Shown piece after piece: positions 51,698-62,565 of a stretch of 64,000 nt of DNA; position 1 is the first letter of the stretch, and each line of letters opens with the position of its first letter. A program made the translations under genes and the position numbers. Source of the stretch: Opitutales bacterium (GTDB lineage: Bacteria > Verrucomicrobiota > Verrucomicrobiia > Opitutales > UBA2987); NCBI GenBank assembly GCA_965226885.1, contig CBDDEL010000011.1:96001-160000 (forward strand). Direction: 5' to 3'. The notes under the pieces were generated by a model. That model saw only the letters and a list, made by a program, of their open reading frames with translations, ran no database searches and was not told the DNA's origin.

Positions 51698-52797
51698 ATC
51701 GCCCCTCCGAATCCTTTCCCCAAGCCCTGCCTCATATTGAGGCGCTGGTTCCCTATACTCCCGGCCAGCAGCCCGAGGGAGACGGCTGGATAAAACTGAA
51801 TACCAACGAAAACCCCTATCCGCCCAGTCCCAGGGTGGCAGAAGCCATCCGGGCCGAGCTGCCGCGCCTGCCTCTCTACCCAAACCCGGTCAGCCGGGCT
51901 TTGCGTGAGGCCATCGCCGACTTTCACGGGCTGGAATCACAACAGGTTCTCATCGGTAATGGCTCGGACGATGTGCTCAACCTCTTATTTCGTTCCTTTT
52001 GCGACCGCAATGCGCCGGCCGGGATGCTGGAGCCGGGTTATTCCCTTTACCCCGTCCTGGCCGATATCCAGAATGCGCCCCTCATAAAAATTGAAGGAAA
52101 CCGGGAAATGATACTCGATCCCGAGAACCTATCCGCTTGCGGAGCTGCTGTTTTTTTTCTGACATCACCCAACGCACCAACCGGCATCGGTTATTCCCGG
52201 CGGCAAATTATTGAATTTTTGGACGGTTACGAGGGCCTGCTGGTGGTGGATGAGGCTTACGCGGCTTTTGCCCAGGAGGATGCCGTGCCCCTTCTCGGGA
52301 ATTACCCAAATTTGGTCATAACCCGCACTTTTTCCAAATCTTATGGCTTGGCGGGTCTCCGGGTAGGCTATGCGCTGGCAGCGCCCAAAATCATTCAAAT
52401 ACTCGATCGGGTTCGCGACAGCTACAATGTCAACCACCTCAGTCAAGCGGGAGCATTGACTGCCTTTCTGGACACAAGGTATTATGAGAATGTGATCGAA
52501 AAAATCAAAAATACCCGTGAGGAATTTCTGCGAAAACTAAAAAGACTCAACTGGTTTACCTATCCCACTCAGGCCAATTATCTGTTTACCGAGCCATGCC
52601 GATCGGGGGGCCGGGCCAGTGCCGAGACGGCCCGGGATTTATTTGAATTTTTGCAGGACCGTAAAATACTGGTTCGTTATATTGGAGGTAGCCCGTTGAC
52701 AGAGGGTTTTCTGCGAATCAGTGTGGGGACCGATAAACAAATGAAAATGCTCCTCGCAGCAATCGACCAATGGATGAAACGCGCTCAGCCCAAGTAA
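51694..52797 (+). CDS. hisC: Histidinol-phosphate aminotransferase
   Basis: [38 protein letters not shown]. Confidence 0.97.
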   Translation: MNRPSESFPQALPHIEALVPYTPGQQPEGDGWIKLNTNENPYPPSPRVAEAIRAELPRLPLYPNPVSRALREAIADFHGLESQQVLIGNGSDDVLNLLFRSFCDRNAPAGMLEPGYSLYPVLADIQNAPLIKIEGNREMILDPENLSACGAAVFFLTSPNAPTGIGYSRRQIIEFLDGYEGLLVVDEAYAAFAQEDAVPLLGNYPNLVITRTFSKSYGLAGLRVGYALAAPKIIQILDRVRDSYNVNHLSQAGALTAFLDTRYYENVIEKIKNTREEFLRKLKRLNWFTYPTQANYLFTEPCRSGGRASAETARDLFEFLQDRKILVRYIGGSPLTEGFLRISVGTDKQMKMLLAAIDQWMKRAQPK

Positions 52798-53369
52798 TTC
52801 GCAAGACCGCAGAGACGGACATTTCTCTGCGTTTGACCCTCGACGGCAAAGGCCGGTGCGAGGCCGACACGGGGATTCCTTTCCTCGATCACATGTTCAG
52901 TCTTTTTACTAGGCACGGCCTCTTCGATGTCGAATTAAAAGCTCAGGGCGATGTGGAGGTTGATTATCACCACACGGTTGAAGATATAGGTATCGTTCTT
53001 GGACAAGCGGTCAATAAAGCGCTCGGTGGCAAGCTGGGAATTTGCCGTTATGGTTTTTTCTTAATGCCCATGGACGAAACTTTGGCCCTGGTCGCGCTTG
53101 ATCTGGGCGGTCGCCCCGCCCTGGTATATCGGGTAAAAAGCCGGGAGCGGTTGGTGCGGGATTTTAATATCGGGCTGGTGCGCGAGTTTTTTCAGGCCTT
53201 CGCCAATACGGCCAAAGCTAATGTACATATTGAGCTATTGTATGGAGACGAACCGCACCACATAGCGGAGGCTATTTTCAAAGGATTCGCCCGCGCTCTG
53301 GACAAGGCTTCGTCCATTGATCCACGGCAGGCCGGCCAATTGCCTTCCACCAAGGGAACCCTCGATTAG
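52770..53369 (+). CDS. hisB: Imidazoleglycerol-phosphate dehydratase
   Basis: [34 protein letters not shown]. Confidence 0.97.
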   Translation: MDETRSAQVIRKTAETDISLRLTLDGKGRCEADTGIPFLDHMFSLFTRHGLFDVELKAQGDVEVDYHHTVEDIGIVLGQAVNKALGGKLGICRYGFFLMPMDETLALVALDLGGRPALVYRVKSRERLVRDFNIGLVREFFQAFANTAKANVHIELLYGDEPHHIAEAIFKGFARALDKASSIDPRQAGQLPSTKGTLD

Positions 53370-53380
53370 GGGAATATCCG

Positions 53381-54010
53381 ATGATTGCAAATGAAGCGAC
53401 TATCGCCGTTATCGACTACGGCATGGGTAACTTGCGAAGTGTTCAGAATGCCCTCCAAAAAGTGGGGGCAAAGGTGCGCATAATCCGCTCACGAGAGGAA
53501 CTCGGCGAACCCTCCGGATTGGTTCTTCCCGGGGTGGGGGCCTTGCGCGATTGCGTAGATGCTCTCAAGCAAACCGGCTTGGCCGATGCGGTTAAATCCT
53601 GGATAAGCGAAGACCGTCCGTTTCTGGGGGTCTGCCTGGGATTGCAGGCGCTTTTCGAACATTCCGAGGAGGCGGGCGTACGCGGGTTGGGAATTTTTCC
53701 CGGCAAGGTGGTCCGGTTTCAATTAGGCCCGGATTATAAGATTCCCCATATCGGGTGGAATGCGGTATCCTTTGTGCGGGAGGATGCTCTCAATCGCGGC
53801 CTCCAACCCGCCGAAGATCAATTTTATTTTGTGCATAGCTATCATGTTGAGCCGGAAGACGAGGGCCTGGTTTGGGGCCGCACCGATTATGGAGGCCCAT
53901 TTACCAGCTGCATTTCACGAGGCCGTTGTTTTGCCACTCAGTTTCACCCTGAAAAAAGCCAGGCAAAAGGATTGCAAATATACCGAAATTTTCTTCAATT
54001 GGTATCATAG
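53381..54010 (+). CDS. hisH: Imidazole glycerol phosphate synthase glutamine amidotransferase subunit
   Basis: DYGMGNL, LPGVG, GVCLGLQ, QFHPEKS. Confidence 0.97.
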   Translation: MIANEATIAVIDYGMGNLRSVQNALQKVGAKVRIIRSREELGEPSGLVLPGVGALRDCVDALKQTGLADAVKSWISEDRPFLGVCLGLQALFEHSEEAGVRGLGIFPGKVVRFQLGPDYKIPHIGWNAVSFVREDALNRGLQPAEDQFYFVHSYHVEPEDEGLVWGRTDYGGPFTSCISRGRCFATQFHPEKSQAKGLQIYRNFLQLVS

Positions 54011-54021
54011 GCCGCCTGGAC

Positions 54022-54069
54022 TTGCCTTTTGCCTGTAGAGGGTTTATCTTTGCAGGCATCATTTTTTTT
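54022..54069 (+). terminator. Putative intrinsic terminator after hisH overlapping a putative gltA promoter
   Basis: TGCCTGTAGAG/CTTTGCAGGCA stem plus T8; TTGCCT-N17-TATCTT at 54022-54050. Confidence 0.55.
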
Positions 54070-54101
54070 AATCATAGACATTCAATTAATTCAAAAAACT
54101 T

Positions 54102-55394
54102 ATGGAAAATTCCGCTTCTATCAGCATCGGCAGCGATGAATTCGATTTCCCGGTAATTGAGGGCACAGAGGGCGAGCGCGCCATTGACACTCGCACTCTT
54201 CGCCAGCGCACCGGGTATATTACATTCGACGAAGGATACGGCAACACAGGCTCCTGTTTAAGCAAAGTCACTTTTGTTGACGGAGAGAAAGGGGTACTCC
54301 GCTATTGCGGCTACCCCATCGAACAGTTGGCGGAGAAATCCAACTTTCTGGAGATTGCCTATCTGGTTATATACGGCGAATTGCCGAATGCAGACCAGTT
54401 GGGTAATTTCCGGGATAAAATCCTCCTTAACGCCAACCTGCATGTGGGCATGGAACGCCATTTCGAAGGCTTTCCCGGCGGTTCCCATCCTATGGCGGTG
54501 TTATCGGCCATGCTCAATTCCCTAGGTTGTTATTATCCGAAGTTGGCCAGCAACAACCGCCAGCAGGATCTGGAGCAATTCGACAATGCGGCAGCCGTCC
54601 TCATATCCAAAGTGCGCACCATTGCCGCCATGTCTTACCGCACAAAAATGGGTTTGCCCTTCAATTATCCGAACCACGATCTGGGCTATTGCGCCAATTT
54701 CCTGCACATGATGTTTTCAGAACCCTACAAACCACACACGGTTTTACCGGAAGTCGATCGCGCGCTCAATCTCTTCCTTCTTTTGCACGCCGACCATGAG
54801 CAAAATTGCAGCACTTCCACCGTGCGCATGGTGGCTTCGGGTGGGGCCAACCTGTTTGCTTCCGCAGCCTCCGGGGTGTGCGCCCTTTGGGGTCCGCTGC
54901 ACGGTGGGGCCAATGTGGCGGTTATTAAAATGCTGGAGGAAATTCAAAAAACAGGCGACGACGGCAGCAGATTTCTCGACGAAGTAAAAGACGGCAAAAA
55001 GAAACTCATGGGCTTCGGCCACCGGGTTTACAAAAACTTCGATCCCAGGGCTAAAATTCTGGCCGAGGCGGAAGGAACATTGTTCAAGAGACTGGGCCCC
55101 CAGGATCCCCTGCTCGATATCGCCCGGCACCTGGCTGATGCCGCCCGCAACGAGGATTACTTTATCGAGCGCAAGCTCTATCCAAACGTCGATTTTTACA
55201 GCGGCATTATCCTTAAAGCCATCGGCATACCGCGGGACATGTTCACGGTAATGTTTGCCATCGGGCGGATGCCGGGATGGATCGCCCACTGGAAAGAGTT
55301 GGCTGAGAATCCCCAAGGCCGCATCCACCGCCCGCGCCAGATATACACTGGTTCAGAACCGCGAGACTTCCTGCCCATTGAGCAAAGAGGTTGA
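54102..55394 (+). CDS. gltA: Citrate synthase
   Basis: [36 protein letters not shown]. Confidence 0.98.
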   Translation: MENSASISIGSDEFDFPVIEGTEGERAIDTRTLRQRTGYITFDEGYGNTGSCLSKVTFVDGEKGVLRYCGYPIEQLAEKSNFLEIAYLVIYGELPNADQLGNFRDKILLNANLHVGMERHFEGFPGGSHPMAVLSAMLNSLGCYYPKLASNNRQQDLEQFDNAAAVLISKVRTIAAMSYRTKMGLPFNYPNHDLGYCANFLHMMFSEPYKPHTVLPEVDRALNLFLLLHADHEQNCSTSTVRMVASGGANLFASAASGVCALWGPLHGGANVAVIKMLEEIQKTGDDGSRFLDEVKDGKKKLMGFGHRVYKNFDPRAKILAEAEGTLFKRLGPQDPLLDIARHLADAARNEDYFIERKLYPNVDFYSGIILKAIGIPRDMFTVMFAIGRMPGWIAHWKELAENPQGRIHRPRQIYTGSEPRDFLPIEQRG

Positions 55395-55416
55395 TGCACC
55401 TCATTTCAATCAATGG

Positions 55417-56007
55417 ATGAACTCCGGCTTTGAAGGCTGCCCGTCCGGCGAGACGGTTTTCCGCCCTTTAACAGCTGAGAGTTGGGATGATTTTGAGGCG
55501 CTTTTCGGGGAGCGGGGCGCCTGTGCCGGATGCTGGTGTATGTATTGGCGGCAAACCCAAAAAGAATTTGAGCGATTGCAAGGCTCATCCAATCGGCAGG
55601 CCATGCGGAAAATCGTTCAATCGGGCAAAAATCCGGGTATCATCGCTTATGTCGATGGGCAGCCGGCAGGGTGGTGCGCCCTCGCACCACGCGAGATTTT
55701 CAGCCGCCTGGCTCGTTCCCGAATCCTCAAACCGGTGGATGATTCGCCCGTTTGGTCGGCGCCCTGTTTTTTCGTGGACAAATAATTCCGCAGAAAGGGC
55801 CTGACGGTTCAGCTTCTCAATGCCGCGGCCAAGTTCGTTAAGGAACAGGGTGGAACAATTTTGGAAGGCTACCCCGTGGAGCCGAAAAAAGACCCCATGC
55901 CGCCGGTTTTCGCCTATACCGGTCTGGCCTCGGCTTTCCTTCAGGCCGGTTTCACCGAATGCGTCCGCCGCTCCCCAACCCGGCCCGTCATGCGGCGTTA
56001 TTTATGA
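55417..56007 (+). pseudogene. GNAT family N-acetyltransferase with in-frame TAA at 55783-55785
   Basis: CAGCWCMYWR...AGWC...CFFVDK*FRRKGLT...LEGYPVE...AYTG...AGF; the same frame continues to TGA at 56005-56007. Confidence 0.85.
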
Positions 56008-56036
56008 CCGGGCTCCGGGGCCTGAATAATATTCGA

Positions 56037-57281
56037 TCAGACAAACGTCAGCGGTGGAAATTTTCTTCCCAGAATGGGCTCCGAGGGACAATCGAGCCAG
56101 TTTTCCAGCACGGTGGCGTAAACCTGCCGGAAATCGGTTGTGTGTTTGAGGTCCTGACCTTTCCCGACATTTAGATCGGGCGGGGCGCCAAGGAGATTGT
56201 TTTTTAATTTCGAACCCATCACAAACAGAGGCGCCGCTGTGCCGTGATCCGTTCCCCCGCCATTATTTTCCGCTGGACGTCGTCCGAATTCGGAAAATGT
56301 CATGGTCAGCACCTGATCTTCCAGTCCGTGAGCCTTGAGATCGTTTTGGAATGCCAGCAGAGCCCCTGACAGTTCTTCCAGCAACCTCTTTTGGGTCTGC
56401 AATTGGTTGGCGTGAGTGTCGTAACCGGTTTGAGATGTGAAATAAACCCGTGTTTGCAGGCCAGAGGCGATCATGGAAGCGATTCCGCGCAAAGAAGCCG
56501 CGAGGCGGGTAGGGGGGTAATCGGCTTGCGCCCGGTAGTGGGCCGCCATGGACTGGACATGCTTTTCCGTTGCCAGCGCATTCATTAGAGTATGGTTTAA
56601 AAACCCGGCATTCTCGTTTTGGGCGGGAGCATGAGCCAGGGTTTCCAACAACTCCCGATCAGCCTTCATCTTTTTGCCGCGATTCAGTTGGCGAACCCCG
56701 AATAGGTTGTGCGGGTTTTCGGTTAAAAACGACGGGGGCGTTTCTCCTCCTACATGCACTCCCACCGGATCGGATTCATCCGGGTGACCGAGACAATTAT
56801 TATCGAAATACCGGCCCATCCAGCCGCTGGACAGAAATTCATTGCTGTCGCTGGCTGTCTCCCAAATTTCGGAAGAGCGAAAGTGGCTCCGATTGGGATT
56901 GGGGTAACCGACATTTTGTATGATCCCGAGCTTTCCCTGTGCATAAAGTTCCGCCAATTCGCGACAGGCCGGATGAAACCCAAGCTGTTCTTCAATCTGG
57001 ATTACCTCCGATTTCTTCAAGGCCAACCGCGGCCGCAGCCGATAGTAGCGGTCATCCTGAAAAGGCACAAGTGTGTTGAGGCCGTCATTGCCTCCCGCCA
57101 GTTGGATGAGCACGAAGATTGTCCGATCCTTTTCCGGAGCGGGAGCTCCCGCCAGGGCGGAGCCGGTCAGAAAAGCGGGCGCGTAATGACTGTATGCGAG
57201 CAGGCCGATGCCGCGGGCGCCGGCGGTCAAAAAATCCCGGCGGGTGGCTGGAAAATCGAATTTGTATCGAATCGGATTCAT
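56037..57281 (-). CDS. DUF1501 domain protein (Tat signal)
   Basis: TRRDFL; QLAGGNDGLNT, PNRSHFRS, GYDTH, FSEFGRR, GTDHG. Confidence 0.88.
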   Translation of the reverse strand: MNPIRYKFDFPATRRDFLTAGARGIGLLAYSHYAPAFLTGSALAGAPAPEKDRTIFVLIQLAGGNDGLNTLVPFQDDRYYRLRPRLALKKSEVIQIEEQLGFHPACRELAELYAQGKLGIIQNVGYPNPNRSHFRSSEIWETASDSNEFLSSGWMGRYFDNNCLGHPDESDPVGVHVGGETPPSFLTENPHNLFGVRQLNRGKKMKADRELLETLAHAPAQNENAGFLNHTLMNALATEKHVQSMAAHYRAQADYPPTRLAASLRGIASMIASGLQTRVYFTSQTGYDTHANQLQTQKRLLEELSGALLAFQNDLKAHGLEDQVLTMTFSEFGRRPAENNGGGTDHGTAAPLFVMGSKLKNNLLGAPPDLNVGKGQDLKHTTDFRQVYATVLENWLDCPSEPILGRKFPPLTFV

Positions 57282-58772
57282 GGTTCCTTTCCTAGCAGAG
57301 TTGGTATTGGGGCGATTGCAAAAGGGCGATGAGAATATTTCGGATGTTCCAGCTTCGGTTGCCCCGACTATTCTGAAGATATTTTAATAAAACCGACTGG
57401 ATATGTCTATGGCTGGAGCCTGCGAGAAGGTATTTTGTCAAATGATCGATCATCTCCTCATCCTCCAATGCTGCCACACGGTTAATTTTTTCTTCACTAA
57501 TGCTGAGGCTCCACTCTGAATTGAAACTGTCTTTCCGCAAACGATTAACTTCATCCGCATTGAGAGATTCTTCCCTCATGGGAAAAAAGAGGGTCTCCGC
57601 CAATTGCTGACGGGCCGCTAGGGTGGAGGAGTTGATCCACGATTTGCCGCCCACCCAGCCCCGAACATTGGGAGGCGCATAGAACGGCTGCCCCATGTTA
57701 CGCAGCGCATTCATAACGATCCTGGGCAATGGCGCTACCTCCAGATTCAAATCCTGCAGCAAGCCCAGATAATAATGGGTCGGACTTTTAATCATGTTTC
57801 CGCGAAATTGAGGATGATAGAAAAGTTTGCTCGTAAAAACTCTCCGCAAAAGAAACCCCATATTAAAGTCGTTATGCCTCCATTCAATGCCCAATAGTTG
57901 CCCATAGGCCGGCTCCAGCCCTATATCGGAGGACAGGTAAAAGCGCAGGAATTCACTCGGCAAAAAAATTTGGGCGTTCGATTGCTCGAAAATCAGGTCG
58001 ATGACCTCGTCACCGTTAAAAAGGCCGTTATGTCCGAAAATTGTTTTTCTTCCGCCATCATGCAGGCGAGGGATAAATCGATATTCATAACCGTTCGTGC
58101 GGTATCCGGTAAAAGCTCGCGCCGCCTCCTTGATATCGTCCTCGCTATATTTCCCCTCTCCCAAGGTAAAAAGTTCTAATAGCTCGCGGGCAAAGTTTTC
58201 ATTCGGGTTCCCGATCCGGCTTTTTTGCAAGTCCAGATATTGGATCATAGCCGGAGAACGACTGACTTTTTTGCAGAGTTCGGCATAACCGCTGGTGGCG
58301 TTTTCCCGCAAAGTTTCTTGATGAAGGAAAAGCAGGTATGGATTCCTTACCTTGGGCAAACCCGCCACGAAGACATCCTGCAGAAACATAACCAGTTTTT
58401 CATAGGGTGAATTGTTCGGTTTTCGCGTATGCCGGAGCCATTCAATGCCGTAGTCGAGGTAAACTTCCTGGCCTTCCCTGCGCAAGTTTCGGTAAATTTT
58501 ACGGCGTTTTTCCTTTGGCAGTTGCCGCATATTTTGAAATACTTCCAGATTGTCCCGGGCGAATATACTTACGCTGTTGGGAATAGGCATGGAGTGAGGC
58601 CGGCTGAAATACTTATCGATTGTGGCAGACAGCCCCAGATTGACCGCCTCATCCACGCTTCGGGGAGTCGCTGAGAAGCCGATGCGACCAAGCAGGTGTG
58701 TAAACGCCGGGGAAAAACCGGTACGGTAAAGAGGGCGCTTTAAAACCGGTACGCTTATCCTAGAAAGGAGGA

Positions 58773-60280
58773 GTGTATCGAGATATGAAGCAATGGACAA
58801 GAGTGCGGCACAAAGTGCTGCGGGACAAGCAGAGCAAGCGCTCTGTAATGCGAGAAGAGGGACTGCACTGGGAGACCCTGGGAAAGATGCTGGCCTATTC
58901 CCAGCCGCCGGGATACCGGCGCAAGAAGAGGCGAGAGCGCAAGATCGATCCGTATGTGGGCTGGATCGAGGAGGTGCTCAAAGCGGACCGGAACGTGCCC
59001 AAGAAGCAGCGCCATACGGCCAAACGGATCTACCAGCGTTTGGGTCGGGAGAAGGGCTACCAAGGGGGCTACACGGCGGTCAAGGAGGTGGTGGCCGAGC
59101 TGCGCGAGCGAGGCGGCGGGAGGTGTTCGTGCCGCTGGAGCACCGCCCCGGGGAGGGACAGGTGGACTTCGGTCATGCCCTGGTGAAGGAGGCGGGGCAA
59201 TTGCGTAGGCGGCCATTTTTTGCCATGAGCCTGCCCTACAGCGATGCCTTTTTCGTGCAGGTGTTCGAACGGGAGTGCACGGAGAGCTTCTGGGAGGGGC
59301 CCCTGCGAGCTTTTGAGTTTTTCGGGGCGGTGCCCCGGCGCATCAGCTATGACAACTCGAAGGTGGCGGTGGGTAAGATTATCGGTTCGCGTGAACGCAA
59401 GCTGACCGACGGGTTTCTGCAGCTACAGAGCCATTACCTGTTCGAGGAACACTTCTGTCTGCCCGCCCGGCCCAACGAGAAGGGCGTGGTCGAGGGGATC
59501 GTGCGTTATGCCCGGGCCAACTTCCTGGTACCGGTACCGCAGGTTCGGGACCTGGAGGAACTCAACGCAAAGCTGTTGGAGGCATGTGAGCGGGACATGG
59601 AGCGTAAATTACGCGGGAAAAGGGCGGTGAAAAAGGAACTGCTGGCCGAGGAGCGCGCCGTCATGCTGGCGTTGCCGCCCATACCCTTTGAAGCGAGCCG
59701 CAAACGCTCGACCTGCGTCAGCAGCCTCTCGCTGGTGCGCTTCGAGTGCAACGACTATTCGGTGCCGGTGCGCTGCGCCCACCATCCGGTGGTGGTGGAA
59801 GGGTCCTGTCGGCAGGTGGTGATCTTCTGTGGGGGCCAAGAGGTGGCCCGGCACCGCCGCATTTGGGATAAAGAGCAAGTCTCTTTCGAGCCGGTGCACT
59901 ACCTGGCTTTGCTGGAGAAAAAACCGGGCGCTTTGGACTTCGCCCGCCCACTCTCGGGCTGGCAGTTGCCGCAGTGCCTGCAGGTCCTCAGACGCCGGCT
60001 CGAAAGCCAATGCGGGGGCGAAGGCACCCGGGAGTATATCCGGGTGCTGCGGCTGTTGGAGAAACACCCCATGGCGGCCTTGCAGCAGGCCGTCGTCTCG
60101 GCCCTGCGGGTGGGGGGACTGACTCGTGAGGCCATCGCCCAGTATCTCTATCCTCAGGAAGACTACGGGAGCAGAACCTTCCGGCTGGACGGCCATCCAC
60201 ACCTGCGTCACGTCCGTGTGGCCGCCCCTGACCTCGGTGCCTACAGCGAACTGCTCAAGATTCCAGGAGGGGCTTTATGA
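58773..60280 (+). pseudogene. istA: IS21 transposase IstA, frameshifted near 59105-59115
   Basis: N-terminal HTH (RHTAKRIYQRL, YQGGYTAVK) in one frame; PGEGQVDFG, YDN, EKGVVE in another. Confidence 0.85.
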
Positions 60281-61044
60281 AGGAAGAAAAAAACCAGCTG
60301 CTGTTACACCATCACCTCAAGAAACTGAAGTTGCCCACCATCCTGCGCGAATGGCCGGCGGTGGCCGCGGCTTGTTCCCGGGACCGGCTCGATTACGCCG
60401 CCTTTTTGTTGCATCTGGTCGAACGGGAGCTCATTGAACGCGAACAGCGGGCCGCCCAGCGGCGGATCAAAAACGCCCGTTTCCCCGTGCTCAAGACCCT
60501 CGAGAGCTTCGCCTTTGAAGCGCAGCCCTCGATCAACGAAGCGCTCATCCGAGAGCTCATGCGTGGGGAGTATGTCGACCAGCGCGAAAACGTGCTGCTC
60601 CTCGGTAACGCCGGTACCGGTAAAACGCACCTGGCCACCGCCCTGGGCTTTGCCGCCTGTGCCCAGGGCCGGCGGATCCGTTTCTTCGGGGTCACCGCCC
60701 TGGTTACCCATATGCTCGAGCAACGCGACAACCACGACCTGCAGCGCTTCATGAAGCAACTCGAAAGGCTCGACCTACTCATCCTCGACGAACTCGGTTA
60801 CGTCCCTTTTTCCAAGACCGGTTCCGAACTGCTCTTCGACGTGGTCAGCCGCGCTTACGAGCGCACCAGTCTCATCGTCACCACCAACCTGCCCTTTGAG
60901 AACTGGATCGAAGTGCTCGGTTCCGAACGGCTCACCGGAGCTCTGCTGGACCGACTCACCCATCGGGTGCATATCCTCGAAGCCAACGGGCAAAGCTACC
61001 GCTTGCGCGATGCTCGACGCCGTCGCCGTGGCACAAAACAATAA
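60277..61044 (+). CDS. istB: IS21 helper ATPase IstB
   Basis: GNAGTGKTHLA Walker A, LLILDELGY Walker B, TTNL, LDRLTH. Confidence 0.96.
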   Translation: MKEEKNQLLLHHHLKKLKLPTILREWPAVAAACSRDRLDYAAFLLHLVERELIEREQRAAQRRIKNARFPVLKTLESFAFEAQPSINEALIRELMRGEYVDQRENVLLLGNAGTGKTHLATALGFAACAQGRRIRFFGVTALVTHMLEQRDNHDLQRFMKQLERLDLLILDELGYVPFSKTGSELLFDVVSRAYERTSLIVTTNLPFENWIEVLGSERLTGALLDRLTHRVHILEANGQSYRLRDARRRRRGTKQ

Positions 61045-61385
61045 ACGCCTTGGGCCCGGCTCGTCGGCCTCCGGCCTCCTCACCGACCCCAAGCCAATCC
61101 CCAAAACCAACTCCCAAACCCTAAACCTTGACGTACCTGCAATTACTAACCTAAACCTTATTCCAAGCGTACCGGTTTTACCCCGACCCCCGTACCGGTT
61201 TCATCCCGGCGTTTACACAGGTGCCTGGCTTTATTCACGTCCCACTCCGATTCGGGTAAGGACGACCAGGCTTCGGATGGCTTTAATTCATCATAATAGT
61301 GCATCGTTCTCTCGTCCTCGCTCGGTTGCAACCGGTTTAAACCACCAATGCCGGGCAAAGTTTCGCCGTAGTTGCCCAAGGATGA

Positions 61386-62537
61386 TCAGGTAGCGGAATC
61401 GGTGCGGTAAATCCGGGGCACCCTCTTGGTGATCGAACAATACACTTCCCAGGGTATTTGACCGGCCCATTGGGAAAATTCCCTAACGTCAATATTGGAA
61501 CCTTCCTGGTGATCGATAAAAGTGACTTGTTCTACTTGTTCTCCGGGTTGGATTTCTGGAAGCGAGGTAACGTCGATGACTGTTTGGTCCATTGTAACGC
61601 GACCTAAAATCGGACACCTGAGCCCCTTCACCAAAACCATTCCCTTATTGCTGGCACTGATCGTTAAACCATCCCCGTAACCGGCCGTGACGACTGCCAG
61701 GCGTGACTTTTTTTTCAATACATGAGTGCGCCCGTAACTAATCCCCGTTCCCGCAGGAATCGTTCTGACCAATCCCACTCGACTGTGGAAACTCAAAATC
61801 GGTTCAACCGTTACCTCTGTCAGTAAAGAGCGTTCATAGGGGTGCAGTCCGAATTGCAAGAGGCCAATTCTAACGGCATTAAATGAGCTTCCATGCATAA
61901 ACGATTCGAGGGCCGCGCTGTTGTCGGCATGGATAAGCATTTTCGACCGGTCGAGGCCGGGAAGCATGTCCAACGATTTTAAAAATAAATTTCGCTGATG
62001 ATCGGTAAACTTTTGGTCGCTATCCGCGCTTGGAAAATGGGTAAAAATTCCTTCCAACCTGAGATGAGGATTTTTAATAATCTTTTCATAAAGGGCCGGG
62101 GCTTCATCGTGCCAAACCCCCAGCCGTCCCATGCCGGTGTCTATTTTTAAATGCACCGGGATGGATTTGGCGGCCTCTTTTCCGATCCGGGAAAATCGCT
62201 CTACCTCTCCCGCCGTGGAGATTGTGGCAATAACGTTGTATGCGGCCAGGTAACGGTCCTCAGCGGGCAGGATGGCGCTCAACAGAAGAATGGGCCAGCC
62301 GGAACCGATTTCCAGAATCTCAGCCGCTTCTGCCATATTGGCCACGGCGAACATATCTGCCCCACTGCGCATCAGGCGCGACACCGTTTGGGCCATGCCA
62401 TGCCCGTAGGCATCGGCTTTTACCACCGCCATGTATTTTATGCCCTCCGGCAGGGCGGCCCGGATGCGCTTAATGTTCCGCTCCAGGGTAGCGAGGTCGA
62501 TCTCGGCCCAGCATCGATATGGTGAGTCTAAGGGCAA
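61386..62537 (-). CDS. alr: Alanine racemase
   Basis: AVVKADAYGHG, HLKIDTGMGRLG, ISYG, GYGDG, GRVTMDQ. Confidence 0.95.
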   Translation of the reverse strand: MPLDSPYRCWAEIDLATLERNIKRIRAALPEGIKYMAVVKADAYGHGMAQTVSRLMRSGADMFAVANMAEAAEILEIGSGWPILLLSAILPAEDRYLAAYNVIATISTAGEVERFSRIGKEAAKSIPVHLKIDTGMGRLGVWHDEAPALYEKIIKNPHLRLEGIFTHFPSADSDQKFTDHQRNLFLKSLDMLPGLDRSKMLIHADNSAALESFMHGSSFNAVRIGLLQFGLHPYERSLLTEVTVEPILSFHSRVGLVRTIPAGTGISYGRTHVLKKKSRLAVVTAGYGDGLTISASNKGMVLVKGLRCPILGRVTMDQTVIDVTSLPEIQPGEQVEQVTFIDHQEGSNIDVREFSQWAGQIPWEVYCSITKRVPRIYRTDSAT

Positions 62538-62565
62538 TTTTTTAGGCTCCTTTTTTATTCAATTA

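Larger units (their letters stand above)
58699..61217 (+). mobile_element. IS21-family insertion sequence (2519 bp)
   Basis: Ends TGTAAACGCCGGG...AAACCGGTACGG with internal repeated AAAACCGGTACG motifs; 6-bp TSD CAGGTG at 58693-58698 and 61218-61223. Confidence 0.94.
57292..61304 (-). pseudogene. DUF1800 domain protein interrupted by IS21
   Basis: PAMIQYLD, PNENFARELLELFTLG, PPNVRGW, SPQYQL; 5' part MHYYDE...WDVNKARHL joins LGRIGF in frame after IS removal (1488 bp, 495 aa). Confidence 0.87.

Noticed and set aside
55783..55785. Stop-codon reassignment or selenocysteine/pyrrolysine readthrough
   Set aside because: The codon is TAA, which terminates many core genes here; a nonsense mutation or sequencing error is simpler
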